64,000 nt of DNA from an uncultured Verrucomicrobiae bacterium (GTDB taxonomy: Bacteria; Verrucomicrobiota; Verrucomicrobiia; Chthoniobacterales; Chthoniobacteraceae): contig CAVYKI010000009.1 in the NCBI GenBank assembly GCA_963769025.1, positions 672,001 to 736,000 on the forward strand, given 5' to 3'. The position numbers and the translations under genes were made by a program. The notes below the pieces were generated by a model. The model was not told where the DNA came from, did not search any database, and saw only the letters and a program-made list of their open reading frames with translations. Every line of letters starts with the position of its first letter. The stretch's first letter is position 1. Shown here one piece after another: positions 53,494-62,057 of the stretch.

Positions 53494-53910
53494 CTAGACC
53501 CACTCCGCGCACAGCAGCTCCGCCTGCGCGAGCACGGTCTTTACGGCTTCCTCCTGCAAATCCGGCGGGTAGCCATGTTTGTTCAGGATTCGCTTCACCA
53601 TCACTTTGATCTTTGCGCGGGCGCTTTCGCGGAGGGTCCAGTCGATGCTTACGCTTTTGCGGACCTGGGTGATCAGTTCGGCGGCGATGACTTTCAGCTT
53701 CGCGTCGCCCATCGCTTGCACGGCGCTGTCGTTGGTGGCGAGGGCGTCGTAGAAGGCGACTTCGTCGTCGGTGAGGCCGAGGTCGTGGCCGCGCTTGGTG
53801 GCGGCGTCGAGTTCCTTGGCGACTTTGATGAGTTCCTCGATGACCTCGATCGTGGAGATGGCGCGGTTGTGGTAGGCGTTGAGGGTCTTCTTGAGCTTCT
53901 CGCTGAAGAC
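53494..53910 (-). pseudogene. hsdR: C-terminal fragment (DUF3387-like) of type I restriction endonuclease subunit R, cut off at the IS3 left end
   Basis: FSEKLKKTLNAYHNRAI...LGLTDDEVAFYDAL..N.SAV...IDWTLRESARAK...GYPPDLQEEAVKTVLAQAE. Confidence 0.85.
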
Positions 53911-53970
53911 TAAAGTTCCCCCGATTCCGTGGACAGGGAAGGCGCAGGACCGTCAGCAAGAACTGCAAAC

Positions 53971-54302
53971 ATGCCACGAACACATCGCATCTATGAAAAG
54001 GACTTCCGTCAGGAAGCCGTCAACCTGCTGCTCAGCAGCGGGCGGCCGCTCAAGCGCGTCGCCGCCGAAATGGGGATCTCCGCCAACTCGCTCCGCACCT
54101 GGCGGGATCGGGCTCTCGGCAATGGGCGCGGAGCGGAGGCCGCTTCGCCGCAGGCGAAAGGCCGCAGCGCAGCGCCCGTTGCCGATGCGGCGGGGAGATC
54201 CGCCGCCTGCAACGCGAGGTCGAATACCTGCGCCGCCAGCGTGAGATCTTAAAAAAAGCCATGAGCATACTCTCCGAGGAGCCGCAGAGCGGTATGCGTT
54301 GA
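53971..54302 (+). CDS. IS3 OrfA (HTH plus leucine zipper); apparent 1-bp deletion near 54193
   Basis: YEKDFRQEAVNL...VAAEMGISANSLRTW; shifted frame EIRRLQREVEYLRRQREILKKA. Confidence 0.8.
54251..54258 (+). other. Programmed -1 ribosomal frameshift motif (A7G)
   Basis: aaaaaaag at the ILKKA codons; the -1 frame is continuous with OrfB. Confidence 0.75.
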
Positions 54303-55177
54303 TTGACTCCATGCGGCACTCCTTTCCCATCAGCGAACTTTGCAAGGCCCTCGGCGTCTCGCGCAGCGGCTATCACGCCGCGGCCGCACGCGCCCCGGGC
54401 CGGCGCAAAGAGGCCAACGCGCAACTCCTCGCCCACATGCACTCCATCCACGCCGACCGCCACACCCGCTGCTACGGAAGTCCCAGGATGACCCGCGAAC
54501 TCCGGGGCCTCGGCCTTGCCTGCTCGGAAAATCGCGTCGCCCGCCTCATGCGCTCGGGCGGCCTGCGTGCCAGGCCCAGAAAGCCTTTCCGGCCAAAGAC
54601 CACGCGCCCCGATCACGCCGCCCATCCCTCGCCCAACCTGCTCGCCAAGGCCGAGGCGCCGACCGCGCCCGGCACCCACCTCGTCAGCGACATCACCTAC
54701 ATCCCCACCCGCGAAGGCTGGCTCTACCTCGCCGTCGTCCTCGACCTCTTCAGCCGCTCCATCCTCGGCTGGAAACTCTCCGACTCCCTCCACACCGAGG
54801 TCGTCACCGGCGCCCTGCACCGTGCGCTCGACACCGGCATCGTCGCGCCCGCCGCCCTCTTCCACTCCGATCGCGGCTGCCAATACTCCGCCGCCTCCAC
54901 CCGCGCGCTCCTCGCCCGCCACCACCTCCGCCAAAGCATGAGCGCCGCAGGTTACTGCTATGACAATGCCTTCGCTGAAAGCGCCTTCGCCTCCCTCAAG
55001 AGCGAGCTCCTCGATGACGGCGCGCCCTTCGCCACCAAGGCCACCGCCGCCACTGCCGTCTTCGACTACCTCGAAACCTTCTACAATCGCAAGCGCCGCC
55101 ACAGCTCCCTCGGCTACCAATCCCCTCACGCCTTCCTCGACTCTTACTTCCAAAACCTCAAACCCTCGCTAAACTAA
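54299..55177 (+). CDS. IS3 OrfB DDE transposase
   Basis: LCKALGVSRSGYH; YGSPRM; SDITYIPT.EGWLYLAVVLDLFSR; FHSDRGCQY; CYDNAFAES; FYNRKRRHSSLGY. Confidence 0.93.
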   Translation: MIDSMRHSFPISELCKALGVSRSGYHAAAARAPGRRKEANAQLLAHMHSIHADRHTRCYGSPRMTRELRGLGLACSENRVARLMRSGGLRARPRKPFRPKTTRPDHAAHPSPNLLAKAEAPTAPGTHLVSDITYIPTREGWLYLAVVLDLFSRSILGWKLSDSLHTEVVTGALHRALDTGIVAPAALFHSDRGCQYSAASTRALLARHHLRQSMSAAGYCYDNAFAESAFASLKSELLDDGAPFATKATAATAVFDYLETFYNRKRRHSSLGYQSPHAFLDSYFQNLKPSLN

Positions 55178-55226
55178 CCAAACAAATCGCTGCGCTCGCC
55201 GCGTCCACTTTTTCGGGGGAAGACCA

Positions 55227-55600
55227 CAATCGAAATCGGCGACCGGAGCGAAAAGTCCGTTGCTGCGAATCCACGCGGAGCGCGGACCCATCTCTCCATC
55301 GTTGTTTTTGCAACACGTCCACACAACGCGCCGATCCTCCGGGTCGTCGCTGGCGGCTTGCAGGACAAACGCGCACCGGGGAACGGAGCCGAGTACGTAT
55401 GAACCGGCAAGAAGGTTGAGCAATCCGCGACCGGTGGCGCGCTCGTCGGCCTTGGGCTTTCGGGTATGTGCCACGATCCCAAGTGCTGGAGCGTCTCCGC
55501 CGGCAGGAATGACGGAGCGAATCAATCGGAACGTCTCGAGGTAATCCGCGGCGCGGTCGTCCCTCGCCACGGCATTCCATGGGTCGAGGAGGAGCACGTC
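55227..55600 (-). pseudogene. Internal fragment of a RepA/AAA_25-like (RecA-fold) helicase, cut off at the IS3 right end
   Basis: Walker B-like VLLLDP; GIVAHTRKP; LAGS; CKNN; no Walker A in the remaining piece. Confidence 0.6.
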
Positions 55601-55654
55601 CGGCTTGAAATCCGCAATTTCAGGCGCTTGTCACAGCAGCCCGTTTCCGGTGGT

Positions 55655-55680
55655 AACCCGCCGGGGCGGGTTTCTTTTTT
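55655..55680 (+). terminator. Intrinsic-terminator-like hairpin, antisense to the xis/helicase genes
   Basis: aacccgc-cggg-gcgggtt stem-loop followed by tctttttt. Confidence 0.5.
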
Positions 55681-55694
55681 CGCTGGAGGCTTCA

Positions 55695-55952
55695 TTATGC
55701 GTTTCCTCCATGGCTGGCGATGTAGGCTCGGAGGCTCGCCGCGCTGACGAGCCTGCACCCGGTTGCTTTCCCTTTCCGCCGGATGCAGACGGAGTGAATC
55801 TCCCCGCTTTTGATGAGTTCGTAGAGCACGGAACGCCCCAAACCATACTGAGGGCGAACATCGCCAGGGCGAAGCCACTCCGCGCCGGGAGTGATCGGTG
55901 CCGTCGTTTGTTGCCCGACGGCGGAGGCGATTGGAACAGGTGTGCGTTTCAT
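55695..55952 (-). CDS. Excisionase/AlpA-like small DNA-binding protein
   Basis: 85 aa, basic; EWLRPGDV...YGLGRSVLYELIKSGEIHSVCIR...G.RLVSAASLRAYI winged-HTH pattern. Confidence 0.7.
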   Translation of the reverse strand: MKRTPVPIASAVGQQTTAPITPGAEWLRPGDVRPQYGLGRSVLYELIKSGEIHSVCIRRKGKATGCRLVSAASLRAYIASHGGNA

Positions 55953-55992
55953 GGACGCGCAACTAATAGCGCGTCACGTATTGGCCCCCTTT

Positions 55993-56094
55993 GTAACAGC
56001 GTTTTCAGCGAACGTCACGCGAAGCTGAGCGAACGTAACAGCGGTGCCCCATGCAACTCTCGGTCGGTCACGACCATTTTAGCGAACGTCACGC
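55993..56094. repeat. Cluster of direct repeats upstream of the xis-like gene
   Basis: AGCGAACGTCACGC at 56007 and 56081; AGCGAACGTAAC at 56028; GTAACAGCG at 55993 and 56035. Confidence 0.6.
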
Positions 56095-56126
56095 CGAATC
56101 GCCGCAGATCGTGTCAAAAGAAATTT

Positions 56127-56590
56127 TCAACCTCGCCGGTTTTTCTTCCGACGTTTGACGGAGGGGCGTTTGCGGGCATTCCTACGGTTCTTCTCGCTGC
56201 GCCGTTCAGTCTTCCACCGTTCAAAATTCTCCTTTTCGCGCAGTAATCCAGGATCGTCACGACGGGTCGACATCCGCCACATCTCCCAAGCCTTCAGTTT
56301 CACCGTCGGGTCGGCACCCGGTTTGTCGAGCACGGCGAGGTACTCTTGCATGTTTCTCCGCGCCCGAGTGATGTTCTTCGTCCCAGTCACGAAAAGGAGG
56401 GCCTCTTTTGCCGAGAGGAACGTGTTGGAAGAAGCGCGAACCTCCATCCACTGGTCAACCAATCCGACGAGCGAAGCTGCGTGTGCGCCCTTCTCTCGAT
56501 AAATGCGGGCCACTGCTTCGGCCTCGGTCCAAATTTGCGCGGCGTGACGGAACAAAAATTCACGACCGTCCGTGTCTTCCTTTTCAGTAC
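56127..56590 (-). pseudogene. Hypothetical protein with very basic C-terminus, probably 5'-truncated
   Basis: Open frame ending ...RRSEKNRRNARKRPSVKRRKKNRRG; abuts the integrase fragment with no clear start. Confidence 0.4.
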
Positions 56591-56594
56591 CGCC

Positions 56595-57002
56595 CGGGAG
56601 GGCGAGATCCGCATCTCCGAAGACGTCGCCGGCAAACGCGGCACCCCGCGCAACGTCCCGATGTGCGACGCCCTGCGCGCGTGGCTCGCTCCGTACCGCG
56701 CCCGCCTGGGCCGGATCCACGGCATGACCGAGCGCGCCCTCTCCCGCCGGCTCGAATCGTTCATCACCCACATTCAGAAAGTTGTGCCGGGATTCCGGTG
56801 GAAGGCCAACGCGCTCCGTCACAGCTTCGGAAGCTACCACGTCGCGACGCACCGCAACCTCGAACTCACGCGCACGGTCATGGGGACCGGCATGGCGATG
56901 CTCCGGCACCACTACAACGATCCGCAGTTCCGGAACGACGCCGATGCCTACTGGAAACTCCTCCCCGCCACCACGCGCGGGAACGTGGTCGCCATCGGGT
57001 AG
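56595..57002 (+). pseudogene. C-terminal fragment of a tyrosine recombinase/integrase
   Basis: IRIS...AGKRGTPRNVPM; NALRHSFGSY; MG...LRHHY (catalytic Tyr); first catalytic Arg and N-terminal domains absent. Confidence 0.8.
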
Positions 57003-57115
57003 CGCACGACGTTCGCCAGTGAGAACTCGCAATTTGCCACAGCTCCGGTGTCTTCTATTCGTTCGACCGGCTTCTCCTGGCGTCCGCACGGTTTATCTAG
57101 GAAACGACTCTTGCC

Positions 57116-57895
57116 TTAAGCGCTGCGCAACCGAGACACCCGCCGGCGCCGGAGTGTTTCCACGGACGTCACGCACAGCGCCAACCACGCGAGCCCGGCT
57201 GTCACGCCGGCGACTACATCGCTCACGAAATGCACTCCCAGCGCGACGCGACTGAGACCGACAAGGAGAACAAGGAAACTCCCGGCCGCCACTATGCAGA
57301 CCCGCCCGCTCAGCGTGCGCACCCCATACAGTCCCATCACCGCCGCCAATCCGTAGAGCAACGTCGCCCCCATCGTGTGGCCACTGGGAAAGCTATAACT
57401 ATCGAGAACCAGGAGCGGGTGCTCCCAAATCGGGCGTTCTCGTCGGAACGCCATTTTCAGCAACAGATTGAAAACCCCACCACCAGGAATGACAAGGACG
57501 AGGATGAGAAGACGGTACCAGGCACGCTGCCGGATCAGGATTACGATCCCAAAGACTGCGATGCAGCAAATCCAGAGGCCGGATCCGAGGAATGTGACTG
57601 CGGACATCGCTTGGAAAAAGACTGCCGTGCCGTGCTCCTGAAACCAGTCGGAGACTCCTTGGTCGAGCACGACGATCGGTTCGCGTGTCACCACGGCTTC
57701 CGCAATGTTGCCAAAAATCCACCCCATCGCAATCAAGGCCAACGCGCCCGCCGTAAAGTGTAGACCAAAGACGCCCTCGGGCGAAAAGCGCGCCGCCAAC
57801 CATTTGGCGTGCGCTTGGAATCGGCCGCGTAACGAGTCGGTCTTTCGCGGGACATATCCGGCGGAATCCGCTGGGGGTTGAGGAGCGCTTTGCAT
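57116..57895 (-). CDS. PAP2 family membrane phosphatase
   Basis: KMAFRRERP; YSFPSGH; SRVALGVHFVSDV; several TM helices. Confidence 0.92.
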   Translation of the reverse strand: MQSAPQPPADSAGYVPRKTDSLRGRFQAHAKWLAARFSPEGVFGLHFTAGALALIAMGWIFGNIAEAVVTREPIVVLDQGVSDWFQEHGTAVFFQAMSAVTFLGSGLWICCIAVFGIVILIRQRAWYRLLILVLVIPGGGVFNLLLKMAFRRERPIWEHPLLVLDSYSFPSGHTMGATLLYGLAAVMGLYGVRTLSGRVCIVAAGSFLVLLVGLSRVALGVHFVSDVVAGVTAGLAWLALCVTSVETLRRRRVSRLRSA

Positions 57896-57920
57896 GAAAG
57901 GGAATCGCACTCTCGGTGAG

Positions 57921-58736
57921 TTACGTCGCGGCAGACCAGCCGTCCGGCGTCCGTTGGAAATCGTCGTCCGACTGTCGTTCAAAGAGTGAGCCTTCGGGCT
58001 GCCACGCCCAGCATTCGATTCTGACGCGCGAGCGATCAGTATGAATGACGTTGAAAGAGTTCTGCTGCCCACGGCCTCGCGTTGAAGTGCTCGTGCCAGA
58101 GGAGACGACGAGCGCGGAATATCCGGGGATCCGGAAGCGGGTTGTGGAGGAACCGGCGTGGGCGATGTGAAAATGTCCGGCCAGCAACAAGTCGACCCGG
58201 CATTGAGCGAGGCTCTTCATGGCCTGTCGCGCGCGGCCGAGCACACGTCCGCCTTCTGCGCCTGCGGGCAAGTCAAACGGATGGTGGGTGACCACGATTT
58301 TCGTCTGTGCGTCGGTGAGACTTTGGAACCGCCTTTCCAACTCCGCGATCTGCGAAGAGTTGATTCGTCCGCCTTTGAAAGTCAGGGCACGCGCCGTATT
58401 CACTCCGACCACCGCGAGTTCGGAGTCGGAAAAAAAGGGCGAGAGGTCTTCGGTGATGTAACGGCGATACCGATCGAAACGGGACACGAATCTGGCAAGG
58501 ACGTTATAAAGCGGCACATCGTGGTTCCCCGGCACCACGATCTGGGAGAACGGAATCGAGTCGAGAAACCGGCGTGCCGCCTTGAACTCCTCCGGCCGTG
58601 CGCGCTGCGTCAAGTCGCCGGAGATCGCGACGAGGTCTGGTTGGGCTTCCCGAATGAATGAGAGCAAAGGTGAGAGGGTCGCAGGGTTTATCCTGCCGAA
58701 GTGCAGATCGGAAAGATGCACAATCGTGCGCATCAC
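57921..58736 (-). CDS. Calcineurin-like metallophosphoesterase
   Basis: HLSDLHFG; SGDLTQRA; PGNHD; THHP; LAGHFH. Confidence 0.92.
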   Translation of the reverse strand: MMRTIVHLSDLHFGRINPATLSPLLSFIREAQPDLVAISGDLTQRARPEEFKAARRFLDSIPFSQIVVPGNHDVPLYNVLARFVSRFDRYRRYITEDLSPFFSDSELAVVGVNTARALTFKGGRINSSQIAELERRFQSLTDAQTKIVVTHHPFDLPAGAEGGRVLGRARQAMKSLAQCRVDLLLAGHFHIAHAGSSTTRFRIPGYSALVVSSGTSTSTRGRGQQNSFNVIHTDRSRVRIECWAWQPEGSLFERQSDDDFQRTPDGWSAAT

Positions 58737-59668
58737 TCCGTTACTTTTTCCGCCGGCACCAGCACCCGCAGTGCGCCGGAACGGATGCGATAATGCAACG
58801 GTGGTGACATCCAGGAAACTTCGCCATCGGCCGAAACCAGCAACCTGCGCTTCTTCGACTCGATCCGGGCTTCACAGATGCAGAACGCCTCGAAATCACG
58901 TTCTTGGTGCAGCCGGCCCATCAGCGCACGAAATGCAAGGCGGAGAAGTCCGAACCGGCCTGTTCGGTTCGCCACGTAGAACCCGAGCCGGCCTGAGTTC
59001 AAGCAAGCGCGTTTCCCCAAATTCATACCGGTCACCTCGTATTCATTGTTGCCGACGAAGACGAGTGCCGTCTTGAGCAGGCGCTCCTCTCCTTTCAAGT
59101 GAACCCGCAGCGTGAGGAATGGATAACGACGAAAAGCGCTCAGCAAAGCGCGGGCGAAAGCCGCCCACTTTCCCGTCCCGTGGCGCTCCTGATCGGCCTC
59201 CCGCTCGGCTACTACCTGCGGGTAAATGCCAAGGCCGGAATTGTTGACGAACACCCGTCCATTGACCTCGCCGACGTCCACCTCCACGACGCGGCCGTGT
59301 ATCACCGTCCGCACAGCCTCTTGCAGTTCGAGCGGGATTCCGAGGTCTTTCGCGAAATGATTCAGCGTTCCCAAGGGCAGCACACCGAGCGTCCTTCTTG
59401 TGCCAACCAACTCCGCGGCCAGCGCGTTGACGGTTCCGTCTCCTCCACCGGCCACGACTGTTGCGTCCTCGGCCACGTGATGCTCGGCGAGCAGTTGAGG
59501 CAGATCGAGATCTCGGCCGGCGTGGAGAATGGAGCCTTGGGCGCCATTGGTCCGAAACAACTCTCGCAGCTCCACCTCAACCCCATCACTCGTCTGGCCG
59601 CCGGCGCTTCCGTTCAGGACAACGAATATCTTTGCCCTTGCAGTGGGTGCGAGAGACGGAGTGGACAT
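58733..59668 (-). CDS. Diacylglycerol/lipid kinase family protein (YegS-like)
   Basis: LNGSAG; AGGGDGTV; LPLGTLNHFAKDLG; VDVGEVN; FVNNSGLG; DGE. Confidence 0.9.
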   Translation of the reverse strand: MSTPSLAPTARAKIFVVLNGSAGGQTSDGVEVELRELFRTNGAQGSILHAGRDLDLPQLLAEHHVAEDATVVAGGGDGTVNALAAELVGTRRTLGVLPLGTLNHFAKDLGIPLELQEAVRTVIHGRVVEVDVGEVNGRVFVNNSGLGIYPQVVAEREADQERHGTGKWAAFARALLSAFRRYPFLTLRVHLKGEERLLKTALVFVGNNEYEVTGMNLGKRACLNSGRLGFYVANRTGRFGLLRLAFRALMGRLHQERDFEAFCICEARIESKKRRLLVSADGEVSWMSPPLHYRIRSGALRVLVPAEKVTE

Positions 59669-59689
59669 TTGGGAAAAATTTTTCAGGCG

Positions 59690-60604
59690 CTAAACCGTCT
59701 GGTTATCGGCGACACTGTTTCCATCGCGAACCGTTGAAAATTGGCTGCTGCATCGCCCATGAATCATCGCGTTGCGCACGGCCGGCGGATGTTGCTTCCA
59801 CCCTGGGAATACAGGTTTGGGTTCGGGGACAGCGCACTCCTCGATCCACGAACGAATGCTCGAGGCGGTCTGAGTGGGCTGGGAAAATTGCAGACAGTGA
59901 GCACCCCCAGGAACCGTCTGCCACCGGCTCACTGACAGGGAACTGGCGGCGGTTGCCAGCCATGTTTCGGGGACGATCGAGTCGTTTTGCCCGCGGAGAA
60001 GTAGGGTCGGGGCCGTGATCAGCGGGAACTGGTCTTCGACCGGATCGGCCAGCATTTCAGTGCTGGTACGCCAAGTGCGGAGGATTCCAGCCCGCAGGAC
60101 ATCGACCACTGCCCAGAAAAGAATCGCGGGCCTTTCCTTCGTAAGATCTTTCAACAGGCGGCGAATCTGCGTCGCCCGTCTGCGCGCGTCCGCGTCGACG
60201 GTCGGAGCAATCAAGGTCAGAGTTTTTACCTGAGCCGCACGCATCGCCGCAAAATGCGCAGCTACCTGGCATCCCATCGAATGCCCGACAACGTGAACCG
60301 CCACGATCCGGCGCTCCTGCAGCCACTCGTCGAGCCACACAGCGTGCTCTGACATCGAGAGGGCCCGTGGCGGCCCGCTGCTTCGCCCGAAGCCCGGCAA
60401 CTCTAGCGCCTTTACGGGATGATGAGCCGCAAGTAATGTCGCCAGGGGCAGAAAGTATCGCGCGGACATCGCGAGGCCCGGAATGAGAATGATGGGGACT
60501 TCCCCCACCTTGGCCGCCTCGACCGAATGCAGCCGAATGCCGCGCACGCGGGTCCACCGGTCGGTGAAGCCTCTGGACAACTGGGGGATGCCTTTGCGAG
60601 TCAT
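59690..60604 (-). CDS. Alpha/beta fold hydrolase
   Basis: ELPGFGRS; VGHSMG nucleophile elbow; RGQNDSIV; GGAH. Confidence 0.88.
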   Translation of the reverse strand: MTRKGIPQLSRGFTDRWTRVRGIRLHSVEAAKVGEVPIILIPGLAMSARYFLPLATLLAAHHPVKALELPGFGRSSGPPRALSMSEHAVWLDEWLQERRIVAVHVVGHSMGCQVAAHFAAMRAAQVKTLTLIAPTVDADARRRATQIRRLLKDLTKERPAILFWAVVDVLRAGILRTWRTSTEMLADPVEDQFPLITAPTLLLRGQNDSIVPETWLATAASSLSVSRWQTVPGGAHCLQFSQPTQTASSIRSWIEECAVPEPKPVFPGWKQHPPAVRNAMIHGRCSSQFSTVRDGNSVADNQTV

Positions 60605-60869
60605 GCAAACACATAGTGCCTGCTCAGGCGGCGACGGAATGGGACGGTCTTCACGCCCAATTATCGCGCGCCTCGCCGCGGGTGGACTTAGCGAACGCCG
60701 ATTTGGTACCCGCGATAAACTTTACGCGTCCGGCGACGCCCCTCTCCACGATTCCTCACCATGAGAATACCCGGAAAAGGCGCCGTCAGTTCAGCCCGTT
60801 CAATAGCAATCGTTGCCGCCGTGCGATTCACGCTCGCTGGTAGCTTTGAATAGCGTGCCCGTTCAATTC

Positions 60870-62048
60870 ATGAAAAAAGCCGCCACACAGACCGCCGTCG
60901 CGTACACCGCCCTCCCTGACAGCCGCGAAGCCGGCATCGATCTGGGAAGGCAGATCCTAACCGAGCTCGGCGAGGGCCCACCGGATGCCGTGATTCTTTT
61001 CGTGTCGCCCCGCTACGACGCGCGACTGGTGGCGGAAGGCGTCAAGGAAAGCTGCGGCACCGAGATTCTAGTCGGTTGTTCGTCAGCCGGAGAGTTCACG
61101 ACTTGCACGGAAGGGGTGGGACAGTCATGTGCCATCGCACTGCGATCTTCAGAAATGAAATTTAAGGCGGGAATGGGAAAGGGAATCAGCACCGATCGGA
61201 AAGCGGCGGCTGCTGCCATGGTGAAGCCATTTCGCGGAGTGGACGAAATCTCGTCGGCCTACAGCTCGGCCCTCGTTTTGACGGATGCCCTGGCGGGTCA
61301 CGCCGACGAGCTCATCGAGCATTTGACGGTGAAGACAGGCGGAAACTATCAGTTCTTCGGTGGGGGCGCCGGAGATGATGCAAACTTCCGGCGCACCTTG
61401 GTCATTTGCGGCACTGAAGTCTCCACCGACGCTGCGGTGGCGCTGGAGATTTTATCGCCCAAGCCCATCGGGATCGGAGTCCGCCATGGCTGGCTCCCGG
61501 CGAGCGATCCGATGCGCGTGACGGAAGCGAAGGGCACAACCTTGGTCAGCCTCAACGCCACGCGCGTCACGGAAGTATTGCAGGCGCATGCGCATACTAC
61601 CGGGCAGACGTTCGATCTCGAGGATCCGCTGCCATTTTTTCTCCACAACATCCTCGGAATCGACACGCCCGATGGGTTCAAGCTCCGCGTGCCGCTGGCG
61701 GTGGGCGCAGACGGCTCGGTCACCTTCGCCGCGGAAATCCCGGAGGGTGCCGTGGTCCGCATCATGTCCACCACGGCGAATGCCACCGCGAGCGCGGCGG
61801 CGGAAGCAACGCGCGACGCGATCAGCCAGCTCGGCGGCCACGATCCCAAAGTGGCGATCTTCTTCGATTGCGTGGCGACCCGGCTGCGCATGGGGAGGGA
61901 GTTTGGCTATGAGCTGAACGCTCTCCGTGAGGTCCTCGGGGAAACGCAATTCGCAGGCTGCAACACCTACGGTCAGGTCGCGCGGACGGACGGGCAATTC
62001 AGCGGTTTTCACAATTGCACCGCGGTCGTGTGCGTGCTGCCCGGCTAA
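60870..62048 (+). CDS. FIST (NosP-like) signal-input protein
   Basis: LVGCSSAGE; FFGGGAGD; HGW.P...MRVTEA.G; FFDCVAT; GCNTYGQV; GFHNCT. Confidence 0.85.
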   Translation: MKKAATQTAVAYTALPDSREAGIDLGRQILTELGEGPPDAVILFVSPRYDARLVAEGVKESCGTEILVGCSSAGEFTTCTEGVGQSCAIALRSSEMKFKAGMGKGISTDRKAAAAAMVKPFRGVDEISSAYSSALVLTDALAGHADELIEHLTVKTGGNYQFFGGGAGDDANFRRTLVICGTEVSTDAAVALEILSPKPIGIGVRHGWLPASDPMRVTEAKGTTLVSLNATRVTEVLQAHAHTTGQTFDLEDPLPFFLHNILGIDTPDGFKLRVPLAVGADGSVTFAAEIPEGAVVRIMSTTANATASAAAEATRDAISQLGGHDPKVAIFFDCVATRLRMGREFGYELNALREVLGETQFAGCNTYGQVARTDGQFSGFHNCTAVVCVLPG

Positions 62049-62057
62049 GCGCCCGCC

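Larger units (their letters stand above)
53911..55226 (+). mobile_element. IS3-family insertion sequence (about 1316 bp)
   Basis: Imperfect terminal IRs taaagTTCCCCCGAttccGTGGAC and (reverse complement) tggtcTTCCCCCGAaaaaGTGGAC; orfA/orfB layout; A7G slippery site. Confidence 0.9.
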
